NCBI GenBank assembly: GCA_035497595.1
Contig: DATJDE010000297.1
Coordinates: forward strand, 1-32,685
Length of the DNA stretch: 32,685 bases
From: Rhizomicrobium sp.
GTDB taxonomy: Bacteria > Pseudomonadota > Alphaproteobacteria > Micropepsales > Micropepsaceae
Direction: 5' to 3'
In this document: positions 25,656 to 32,685 of the stretch, piece by piece
How the letters are laid out: each line of letters opens with the position of its first letter
Position numbering within the stretch: the stretch's first letter is position 1
The notes under the pieces: generated by a model
Database searches by the model: none
The model's input: the letters and a program-made list of their open reading frames with translations, nothing else
What the model was told of the DNA's origin: nothing
Translations under genes and position numbers: made by a program

Positions 25656-25741
25656 TGTAATCGCCAGATACAGTTTGCACGCCCAAACGCTGCGTTAACC
25701 GCGCTGAAGCAATCTAATCGAGAGTTGGAATGACTTTTGCT
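25656..25741 (+). promoter_or_regulatory. Enhancer-like site plus sigma-54 promoter of PEP-CTERM gene 1
   Basis: TGTAA-N7-ATACA (25656-25672); TGGAATGACTTTTGCT (25726-25741) with GG-N10-GC. Confidence 0.6.
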
Positions 25742-25804
25742 TATTTTCGTGTGGGTAATTGGTAGCGCCGCCATAAGGCGCACTTGAGATAGTAGGTTCT
25801 TACC

Positions 25805-26353
25805 ATGCGTTGGTTCAAAAATATTGCATTCGCAGCCCTTGGCTTTGTGGCCCTCGCCGGAGTGACACCGGCCTCGGCAACGATCGCCGGCATGACCTAT
25901 ACGGGCCTGAACTATTCATCGCCGTTTGGGGCCGCGCACAAGGCGGATGTCACGGAGGATATCAACGACTATCTGGGTGTGACTGATGTGGTCTATCTCG
26001 GCCGCCTCGATAAAAGCGGCTTTGATGCGAGCAGCGCCCTGATTGGCACCGGTGCTAACATGACCGGCGGCGGCTTGCTCACCAAGACAGGCGACTGGAC
26101 CTTCACACAGGGCAGCACGACCTATCAGATCATCGCGCTTGAAGTGAGCACCGCTGGCAAAAGCAAAGTCTATGAGCTGACAGACCCGGCACTGAACGGC
26201 ATCTGGAATACGAGCGATCTTTCGAACAAGAACCTCTCGCATCTAGATTTCTTTGCGCGCGCGGTGACAGTCACCACACCTGAGCCTGCAACGCTGCTGC
26301 TGTTCGGCGCAGGGCTTGCCGGTGTCGCGCTGCGTCGTCGCAAACGCGCCTAA
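25805..26353 (+). CDS. PEP-CTERM sorting domain secreted protein 1
   Basis: Signal peptide ending TPASA; C-terminus TPEPATLLLFGAGLAGVALRRRKRA. Confidence 0.93.
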   Translation: MRWFKNIAFAALGFVALAGVTPASATIAGMTYTGLNYSSPFGAAHKADVTEDINDYLGVTDVVYLGRLDKSGFDASSALIGTGANMTGGGLLTKTGDWTFTQGSTTYQIIALEVSTAGKSKVYELTDPALNGIWNTSDLSNKNLSHLDFFARAVTVTTPEPATLLLFGAGLAGVALRRRKRA

Positions 26354-26363
26354 GATTTCAAGG

Positions 26364-26524
26364 TGTAACGGATACTGACAGCCGGTGGCGCAAAACACGC
26401 CACCGGCTGTCATTGCATTTGACACGTCGCGGCCCGCGCCGCCCTCGTTCAACCCATAACGCCAGTAATCTCCAGCTATACACCGGATTTGAACAACGAC
26501 TGCAAAGTCGGCACGCAACTTGCT
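26364..26524 (+). promoter_or_regulatory. Paired enhancer-like sites plus sigma-54 promoter of PEP-CTERM gene 2
   Basis: TGTAA-N7-TGACA (26364-26380); TGTCA-N7-TGACA (26408-26424); CGGCACGCAACTTGCT (26509-26524), a near-consensus -24/-12 element. Confidence 0.72.
26376..26412. terminator. 15-bp perfect hairpin after PEP-CTERM gene 1 (terminator or mRNA stabiliser)
   Basis: TGACAGCCGGTGGCG-CAAAACA-CGCCACCGGCTGTCA; weak U-tract. Confidence 0.55.
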
Positions 26525-26563
26525 GGCGAACTGGTGTAGCTGGGTTTAGTCGAAGGAATTGTA

Positions 26564-27163
26564 ATGAAGAAGATTTTCGGTGCGATGTTTGCACTCGCAC
26601 TCGGTGTTACCGGCGTTTCGGGATTTGCGAATGCATCTCCCATCGGGTTGAGCGGACCGTGGGCCTCGTCGGTGACCCCGGCAGATCCGGCGAATTTTAA
26701 TGTGGTGCATATTGGCGCCACGGTGCTCGGCCTGTCGCTCGGACTGAGCGAGAATGTGGATTACATCGGCAGGCTCTCCAGCGATGATGTGGTGTTCAAT
26801 CCACTCAAGCCGGGTCTTGCGGGCGCATCGCTCAGCGGCACAGGGCTTGGCGGCAAGACCGGGAGCTGGACCTTTGTATCGGGCGCCGATCTCTATGAGA
26901 TCGTCGCGGTCGAGATCGATGCGGGCAATCTCCTGGGCGCAGGTCTGGGCAAAATCTATCTCACCGATCCGGTTGCCAATGCCGGGTTCTGGGATACCAG
27001 CGATTTCACCGTCGGCATCGGCCCCTTCAGCTTTACGCCCAACCTCAATTATCTCGATTTCTATGGCGTGAAAGTCGGCGCGGCGGATGTGCCCGAACCG
27101 ATGACGCTGCTGCTCGTTGGCGGCGGTCTTGCCATGGTGATCCGCCGCAAAAAGCGCGCGTAA
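26564..27163 (+). CDS. PEP-CTERM sorting domain secreted protein 2, paralog of protein 1
   Basis: Signal peptide ending FANA; C-terminus VPEPMTLLLVGGGLAMVIRRKKRA; AAGGAA SD. Confidence 0.93.
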   Translation: MKKIFGAMFALALGVTGVSGFANASPIGLSGPWASSVTPADPANFNVVHIGATVLGLSLGLSENVDYIGRLSSDDVVFNPLKPGLAGASLSGTGLGGKTGSWTFVSGADLYEIVAVEIDAGNLLGAGLGKIYLTDPVANAGFWDTSDFTVGIGPFSFTPNLNYLDFYGVKVGAADVPEPMTLLLVGGGLAMVIRRKKRA

Positions 27164-27188
27164 TCAGCCACACCGATGGGGCATGAAG

Positions 27189-27223
27189 AAACCCGCTGCC
27201 GGAACACCGGCAGCGGGTTTTTT
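27189..27223. terminator. Intrinsic terminator between convergent genes, possibly bidirectional
   Basis: AAACCCGCTGCCGG-AACA-CCGGCAGCGGGTTT followed by TTT. Confidence 0.8.
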
Positions 27224-28715
27224 ATCGTCTGCCGATCAGCTTGCGCAACATGGCGCCCAGACGCGGCGGGCGTTCGGTGGTCAGCACATGGGCGGCGAAG
27301 ACACGGCCCATCTGGAACACCAGCAACACGGTGGTGACCAGCATGAGGAGTGTGGCGCCGATCAGCTCGATCATTGGCGGGTGCCAGGGCAGGCGGAACA
27401 TCAGGAAGAACGGCGTGTAGATGGGAATCCATGACAGGACGGTCGCGATGGTGCCGTTGGGATCACGCAGCAGCGCGGGCATCATGATCAGCGGCGCCAT
27501 GACAAGGATCATGGTCGGGCCGACAAGGGCCTGCGCGTCCTGGATCGAGGTTGCCATCGAGCCGATGGCAAGGAAGATCGAGGCGTAGATCAGCAAGCCG
27601 CAGATGAAACAGAGCAGCAGCATCGGCAGCAGGCCGGTGGAGAAGATGCTCAACAGGATATTGCCGATATTGGCGGCGGCGCCGGGTAGAAAGATTGCCG
27701 CGCCGCCGATCAGCATGGCCGCCCAGAGGATCAGCGTCAGCAGCGAGGCGGCGGCGGCCCCTAAGAGTTTGCCGGTCATGAATTCGACCGGCGTGACGCA
27801 GGAGAGCATCACCTCGACGATGCGGCTGGATTTTTCCTCGATTACGCCGGAGAGCAGCGCGCCCGCATTCATGAAAATGGTCAGCAGCAACAGGAAGGCG
27901 AGCACGGCGGGCGCATAGGTGCGGGCCTGATCGGCCAGCGAGAGTTGATGATTGCCGCTGCTCGCCGCCGGATCGAGCGCGCGCAATCGCGCCGAGGGTT
28001 TGAGCGTTTCGGGCGCGACATCGGGGGCGATGTGAGCGAGCACCTGACGGCGCAGTTCATCGGTCAGCGCGCGCTGCACGAAATGTTCAAGCTCGGGATC
28101 GCTGGCATTGACGCTCCAGAACTCGGCTGCGGGGCTGGTTTTCGCACCCGAGAAGCCTTGCGGCACCAGCACCACCGCGTAGAGCGCCCGGTGCCCGGAC
28201 AGGCGCGTGCTGGCGGCATGGGCAAAGCCCGGGGCGGGAGATCTTTCCAGCGCGCCGGGCAGTTTGAATTGGAAGCGCGGGCGCGGTGGCTCAAACACGG
28301 CGCCCGGCTTGCGCCATGGACCAACCTGCGCAAGCACGCCGTCCACGCCGCCGGATGCGCGAAACTGGGCCAGCGCGCCTGCATCTCCCGAAGGGGCATC
28401 CAGCATCGCGGCAAGGGCGGGCATTTTTGCACGGACCTTCGCCATGTCGATATTGGCGGCGGCATAATCGGACAGGGCATCACGCTCGGCGCCGTCGGTA
28501 TCGTCGCGCACCGCTTTGGCAATGGCGAAGGCGAATTCACCGCCGGTATGATCGACCACCGTGAAGCTGCGGGTGGGGGTTTTGCTTTCGATCCATTGCG
28601 GCACCAAGCCGGCCACCACCAGCCAGACCGGAAACAGCAGCAGCGAAATAATGAAGCCGCGCCTCGTGACATATTTCAGAAATTCGGAGCGGGCGACGAG
28701 AAGGGCGCGGGTCAT
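27222..28715 (-). CDS. ABC-2 type transporter permease (NatB-like)
   Basis: LLVARSEFLKYV; large periplasmic loop; VIEEKSSRIVEVMLS; GKLLG; LSWIPIYTPF. Confidence 0.9.
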   Translation of the reverse strand: MTRALLVARSEFLKYVTRRGFIISLLLFPVWLVVAGLVPQWIESKTPTRSFTVVDHTGGEFAFAIAKAVRDDTDGAERDALSDYAAANIDMAKVRAKMPALAAMLDAPSGDAGALAQFRASGGVDGVLAQVGPWRKPGAVFEPPRPRFQFKLPGALERSPAPGFAHAASTRLSGHRALYAVVLVPQGFSGAKTSPAAEFWSVNASDPELEHFVQRALTDELRRQVLAHIAPDVAPETLKPSARLRALDPAASSGNHQLSLADQARTYAPAVLAFLLLLTIFMNAGALLSGVIEEKSSRIVEVMLSCVTPVEFMTGKLLGAAAASLLTLILWAAMLIGGAAIFLPGAAANIGNILLSIFSTGLLPMLLLCFICGLLIYASIFLAIGSMATSIQDAQALVGPTMILVMAPLIMMPALLRDPNGTIATVLSWIPIYTPFFLMFRLPWHPPMIELIGATLLMLVTTVLLVFQMGRVFAAHVLTTERPPRLGAMLRKLIGRR

Positions 28716-29632
28716 GGCGGATTTATCGCCTCCGCGCCTGCAAGCGAGACGAAAACATCCTGCAGGCTGGGTTCGGACAGATCGAAATAAGTGAGCTTCA
28801 CGCCCTGCTCGAAACAGGCGGACAGCAGATCGGCGCCATCGGCCCCTTCATGCAGCGCGATCTCCCAGGTGGGATGATCGGGGCCGGGGGCCGAGACATT
28901 TGAGACGGAGGCGAGATTACGCAGGAAGCCCAGATCGGCAGCAGCAGCGATGCGGGCTTTACGCGGCAGCAGGCGATGGGCCGCACCCAACGTGCCATCG
29001 AACACTTTGGCGCCGCGCGCGAGGATCACCAGATGGTCACACAACCGTTCGGCCTGCTCCATCGAATGGGTGGAGAACAGGATCGTCTTGCCCTCATGGG
29101 CGAGGCTGCGGATCGCGGCCTCGAAGGTCTGGCGATTGAGCGGATCGAGGCCGGAGAACGGCTCATCGAGGATCAGCACCTCGGGGTCATGGGCCAGTGT
29201 GGCAATGAAGGCGACTTTCTGCGCCATGCCTTTGGAGAGGCCCTCGACCCGGATCCGGGCAAATTGCGCCAGGCCGAAACGCTCCAGCATGGCATGGGCG
29301 CGGGCGTAGGCGGTGCGGCGGTCGAGGCCTTTGAGGCGCGCGAAATAGGCGATCACGCTGTCCGCGCGCATACGCTTGTAGAGACCGCGCTCTTCGGGGA
29401 GGTAGCCGATGCGGTGGCGCACCTGGCCGGGATTTTGGCCGAGGATGCGCAATTGCCCGCCATCGGGCTTCATCAGGCCCAGCATCATGCGCAAGGATGT
29501 GGTCTTGCCCGCGCCATTGGGGCCGAGAAAACCCAATATGCGGCCCGCATCGTGGGAAAAGGACAGATCGCGCACGGCGGTGAAATCGCCGAAGCGTTTG
29601 GTGACGTGGGCGAGGTCGAGTGCGGCCGCCAT
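28712..29632 (-). CDS. ABC transporter ATP-binding subunit (NatA-like)
   Basis: GPNGAGKTT; GYLPEERGLY; LSKGMAQK; ILDEPFSGLDP; FSTH; EPSLQDVFV. Confidence 0.93.
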   Translation of the reverse strand: MAAALDLAHVTKRFGDFTAVRDLSFSHDAGRILGFLGPNGAGKTTSLRMMLGLMKPDGGQLRILGQNPGQVRHRIGYLPEERGLYKRMRADSVIAYFARLKGLDRRTAYARAHAMLERFGLAQFARIRVEGLSKGMAQKVAFIATLAHDPEVLILDEPFSGLDPLNRQTFEAAIRSLAHEGKTILFSTHSMEQAERLCDHLVILARGAKVFDGTLGAAHRLLPRKARIAAAADLGFLRNLASVSNVSAPGPDHPTWEIALHEGADGADLLSACFEQGVKLTYFDLSEPSLQDVFVSLAGAEAINPP

Positions 29633-29750
29633 GCTTTCGCCGAATCCTTTTACTGCCGGGCAAATCACCAGGCAGAGTGCGGGTCTCGGTGCACGCAACT
29701 CAAGGGCAAGGCGAGTCTTGTCTGGTGCGATAGCTAAAAAAGAATGGCGC

Positions 29751-29787
29751 AAAAAAAAGAGGCCGCATGGGCTGGATGCGGCCTCTT
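29751..29787 (-). terminator. Intrinsic terminator of the inh-like gene
   Basis: GAGGCCGCAT/ATGCGGCCTC stem preceded by A8, giving a U-tract on the minus strand. Confidence 0.8.
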
Positions 29788-29812
29788 CTCACACACGCAA
29801 AGGCCAGGGGGG

Positions 29813-30184
29813 TTATTGGCTCTGCGCGACTGAACTGGTTTGCGGGTTGAACACCACTTTGCGGCTGTCGGCGATCTGTTTGCCGACATAGCTGGCGCCC
29901 TTGGAGTTGAGCAGCGCAATGGTTTCGCCATTGGCGGATTTCAGCGTCAGCTTGCCGGGGGCGGCGCTCCAGCGTGCAATCCGGGCAGCGGCGACCGAGC
30001 AGCCTTCCGCCGCAACGGCGGTGCCGGTGGTCTCGGAGGTGTCGGCATTGAGGGTCACGACGCACGGGCTATCGGACACGCCGACCGCAACCTGCCAGGC
30101 GCCGGCGACCGGAGCGGCCTGCGCGACACCAGCGCTTGCGAGAAACGCGGCGGCCAGCAGCCCAAAGCTTCTGATCCGTATCAT
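29813..30184 (-). CDS. AprI/Inh family periplasmic metalloprotease inhibitor
   Basis: Signal peptide ending AQA; VAGAWQV...CVVTL...GC....IARW....L.L.SANGETIA pattern with the two conserved Cys. Confidence 0.75.
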   Translation of the reverse strand: MIRIRSFGLLAAAFLASAGVAQAAPVAGAWQVAVGVSDSPCVVTLNADTSETTGTAVAAEGCSVAAARIARWSAAPGKLTLKSANGETIALLNSKGASYVGKQIADSRKVVFNPQTSSVAQSQ

Positions 30185-30407
30185 ATGAATAGTTCCTTCA
30201 AAGTTTTTCATTTAACAAAATAAAGACTCACAACCGGCCCCACAAGGCTTTATTTGCCTCACTGGGCCGGTATCGGGGTGAAAGCCCTCTCAGAAAAGGG
30301 CGGAAAACGGCCTTTTCTACCACGCCTGCGCTTTGCGAAACCGAGCTATGCATAGAGTGTGGGGCATTTTGCCCTTATACTGGCGGGGTGGCACGCGAGG
30401 CCTTCCT

Positions 30408-31271
30408 ATGGATATCGAGGTTCTGAGCCCTGCCATCGGAGCTGTTATCTCCGGGGTGGATTTGTCGACCCGCTTAAGCGACGGCGATATTGCGGCCCTG
30501 CGCAAAGCCTTGCTCGACCATCGGGTGATCTTTTTCGAGGACCAGCATCTGACGGCGGTGCAGCATCGCGATTTCGCGGCGCGCTTTGGCGCGTTGCACA
30601 CCCATCCGCTGTATCCCGGTGTTGAGGGGGCCGAAGAATTATTCGTGCTCGACAATCATGCGGACAACCCAACCGACAATGATGCCTGGCATACCGATGT
30701 GACCTTTATCGAAACCCCGCCGATGGGCTCGATCCTCTATGCCAAGCATCTGCCGCCGAGCGGCGGCGATACGATCTGGTCGAATATGCGTGCCGCGTAT
30801 CTGGGCCTGTCCGCGCCGTTTCGCGAATTCCTCAAAGGGCTCGACGCGGTGCATGATTTTGCACGCGGCTTTCCGGCGACCGGCACGGTGGCCAAGGCGG
30901 CAGGCGAGGACAAACATGCCAAAGCGCGCGCCGAACATCCGCCCGTGGTGCATCCGGTGATCCGCACCCATCCGGAAACGGGTGAGGACGGGTTGTTTGT
31001 CAATTATGGATTCACCTCACGCATTCTGGGCGTGAGCCGCAAAGAGAGCGCGGCGATTTTGAAGCTGCTGCATGAGCACATTCAGCAGCCGGAATATCTG
31101 GTGCGCTGGCGCTGGACGCCTAACGCGGTCGCCTTCTGGGACAATCGCATCACCCAGCATTATGCGGTGAACGATTATCTGCCGCAGCGGCGCATTATGC
31201 ACCGCGCCACCATCATGGGCGACCGGCCGTTTCAGGCGGCGCGGGCGAAACGCGCTATCGCAGCGGAATAA
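30408..31271 (+). CDS. tauD: Taurine dioxygenase (Fe/2-oxoglutarate TauD)
   Basis: LSPAIGA; DNDAWHTDVTFIETPP (HxD); GGDTIW; HPVIRTHP; WDNRITQHYA; RIMHRATI. Confidence 0.9.
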   Translation: MDIEVLSPAIGAVISGVDLSTRLSDGDIAALRKALLDHRVIFFEDQHLTAVQHRDFAARFGALHTHPLYPGVEGAEELFVLDNHADNPTDNDAWHTDVTFIETPPMGSILYAKHLPPSGGDTIWSNMRAAYLGLSAPFREFLKGLDAVHDFARGFPATGTVAKAAGEDKHAKARAEHPPVVHPVIRTHPETGEDGLFVNYGFTSRILGVSRKESAAILKLLHEHIQQPEYLVRWRWTPNAVAFWDNRITQHYAVNDYLPQRRIMHRATIMGDRPFQAARAKRAIAAE

Positions 31272-31272
31272 T

Positions 31273-32286
31273 CTAAAAGCGGAACGAGACGTTGACGGCA
31301 CCGAACTCGTCGTGCCCGTGCTGGGTGTCGAACTCCTTGCTGCGGATGACGTGGGTGTAGGTGATGCGGGTGCCGCCCAGTGTGATTGCGGCGCCGAATT
31401 GCAGATCGCCCACCAGCGGTTTTTTGGAGACGTTGCGGCTATCCTGAAAACTGTTGCCATCGAGAAAAATGTTGCGGGCGACGGCGCGGCCATCGACACC
31501 GGCAAAGACATAGGCGCCGATCGGGCCGTTTTCGCCGCGTTCAAAAAAGTTGGAGCCGGGCGAACTTGGATCGATGCGGATCGGGCCGTAATCGTCGGGC
31601 ACGTTCCAGCCGAAGCGCGCCATGGCGCCCGCATTGACATAATCATAGACATTGCCGACCGCGCCGCCGATATGCGGATCGAGATCGAACTGGAAGCCGA
31701 GCACGGTGGGCGCACGCCAGCGCCAGGAATGTTCGTAGGTGATGTTGATCGCGGGCTCGTTGCGCAACTGATAATGCCAGCCCATCGGCTTGCGATCATT
31801 GATGATGCGATGGATGAAGGTCTGGCTTTCCTGCGCCAATGAGGCAGGGCCTATCACGCCAAGCTGCACCTGCAACTGATCAAGGCTGTTGCCGCTGCGA
31901 TCAACCACGCCGATGCCACCATAGAGAAAGCCGGCATAGGGGCGCTGATCGAGCGGTGGATTGGCGATTGTAATATCGGGCGGGGTGTAGATGTTTTGCC
32001 CGATGGAATAGGTCATCCGCACTTCGCCGTCCTTGGCGAAGAAGGGCAGCATACGGGCAAGACCGACTGCCCAATCGAGATTATCGGCGGGGCCGGTGGT
32101 CCAGGCGAGCTGGACGCCGTTCGAATAATCCTGGTCGGTTTTATAGAAGATGTCATTCTCGAACAGGATCGAGAGGGTGCCGTTTTCTTTTTTTGCACCA
32201 TCAGCAAAAGACGGAACGGAACTTGCGCCCGCAACGATTCCACCACTCACAAGGGCAATACACGCCCCGTACGCAAATCTCGCCAT
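31273..32286 (-). CDS. lpxR: Lipid A 3'-O-deacylase LpxR family outer-membrane protein (DUF2219)
   Basis: FENDIF..TDQDYSNG; GQNIYTP; RPYAGFLY; GVIGPAS; QTFIH; GWHYQL.NE; NIFLDGN; C-terminal Phe of a beta-barrel. Confidence 0.85.
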   Translation of the reverse strand: MARFAYGACIALVSGGIVAGASSVPSFADGAKKENGTLSILFENDIFYKTDQDYSNGVQLAWTTGPADNLDWAVGLARMLPFFAKDGEVRMTYSIGQNIYTPPDITIANPPLDQRPYAGFLYGGIGVVDRSGNSLDQLQVQLGVIGPASLAQESQTFIHRIINDRKPMGWHYQLRNEPAINITYEHSWRWRAPTVLGFQFDLDPHIGGAVGNVYDYVNAGAMARFGWNVPDDYGPIRIDPSSPGSNFFERGENGPIGAYVFAGVDGRAVARNIFLDGNSFQDSRNVSKKPLVGDLQFGAAITLGGTRITYTHVIRSKEFDTQHGHDEFGAVNVSFRF

Positions 32287-32358
32287 ACCAACTGTGCCCT
32301 CACCGCTATCGACTGCTAACGCGCGGGTGCGGTGTGGGTTGCACGGGGGCCGGCCAAC

Positions 32359-32389
32359 AAAAAAGCGCCCCTTGGCTTGAGGGGCGCTT
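32359..32389 (-). terminator. Intrinsic terminator of PEP-CTERM gene 3
   Basis: AAGCGCCCCT/AGGGGCGCTT stem with an A6 run, giving a U-tract on the minus strand. Confidence 0.8.
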
Positions 32390-32409
32390 CTCTCACATGC
32401 AGTGGTGTT

Positions 32410-32685
32410 TCAGGCACGTTTGCGGCGCGCGAAACCGAGACCGGCGAGGCCCCCTGCCACAAGTGCCAGCGTCAAGGGTTCCGGCACGTTGCTACCGGGC
32501 GTGACGGCTTCGGCAGTATCTACACCCAGAATGTCGAACGCCCAGGCGTTGGTGCGGCCACAGCCCTGGTTTCCTGAGACGTCGATGAAAGCGCTTTGCT
32601 GATCGCTGCAATTCGTGAAGGACGGCTCCCCCGTGAAATTGCCTTGGCCCGTGCGGGTAAAACCATCGCTGAGCGCACCGAGTGC
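32410..32685 (-). CDS. PEP-CTERM sorting domain protein 3 (3' end only; resembles the DVUA0089 family)
   Basis: Not in the ORF track. Manual translation: ALGALSDGFTRTGQGNFTGEPSFTNCSDQQSAFIDVSGNQGCGRTNAWAFDILGVDTAEAVTPGSNVPEPLTLALVAGGLAGLGFARRKRA-stop. The family resemblance is from recall only. Confidence 0.88.
   Translation of the reverse strand, partial: ALGALSDGFTRTGQGNFTGEPSFTNCSDQQSAFIDVSGNQGCGRTNAWAFDILGVDTAEAVTPGSNVPEPLTLALVAGGLAGLGFARRKRA

Noticed and set aside
30280-30310. CTGAGA on the minus strand suggesting a TPP riboswitch
   Set aside because: The rest of the TPP consensus is absent and there is no thiamine-related gene downstream.
32440-32640. Possible frameshifts at C5 homopolymers in PEP-CTERM gene 3
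   Set aside because: Base counting shows the frame stays open through to RRKRA-stop.

Overview
GC-rich alphaproteobacterial chromosome segment (ctrA, rcdA, trcR, Cys-free L31, class I LysRS), mostly core genome. Gene order: lysS (5' end, minus); membrane hybrid histidine kinase with degenerate receiver and Hpt domains; DinG-family helicase; dCTP deaminase; a structured 300-nt intergenic region (candidate sRNA); DoxX; small membrane protein; fliJ-fliI divergent from ctrA; tspO; Kdo hydroxylase; ABC exporter; rpmE; rcdA; DUF1192; quinone oxidoreductase; trcR; MFS; YqaA; an acyl-CoA synthetase with a 142-aa histone-H1-like N-terminal tail; two divergent DUF465 genes; a GGDEF cyclase; purEK; COQ9-like; def; rpsU. 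An envelope-related block follows: two paralogous PEP-CTERM genes, each with a sigma-54 promoter and TGT-N11-ACA enhancer, a NatAB-like ABC-2 exporter, an Inh protease inhibitor, tauD, lpxR and a third, partial PEP-CTERM gene. No CRISPR, tRNA/rRNA, transposase or phage genes were seen. The most unusual items are the H1-like tail fused to the acyl-CoA ligase, the kinase with two phospho-dead relay modules, the multi-conformation RNA after dcd, and the sigma-54 PEP-CTERM module. All calls come from motif recognition only; no database searches were run.
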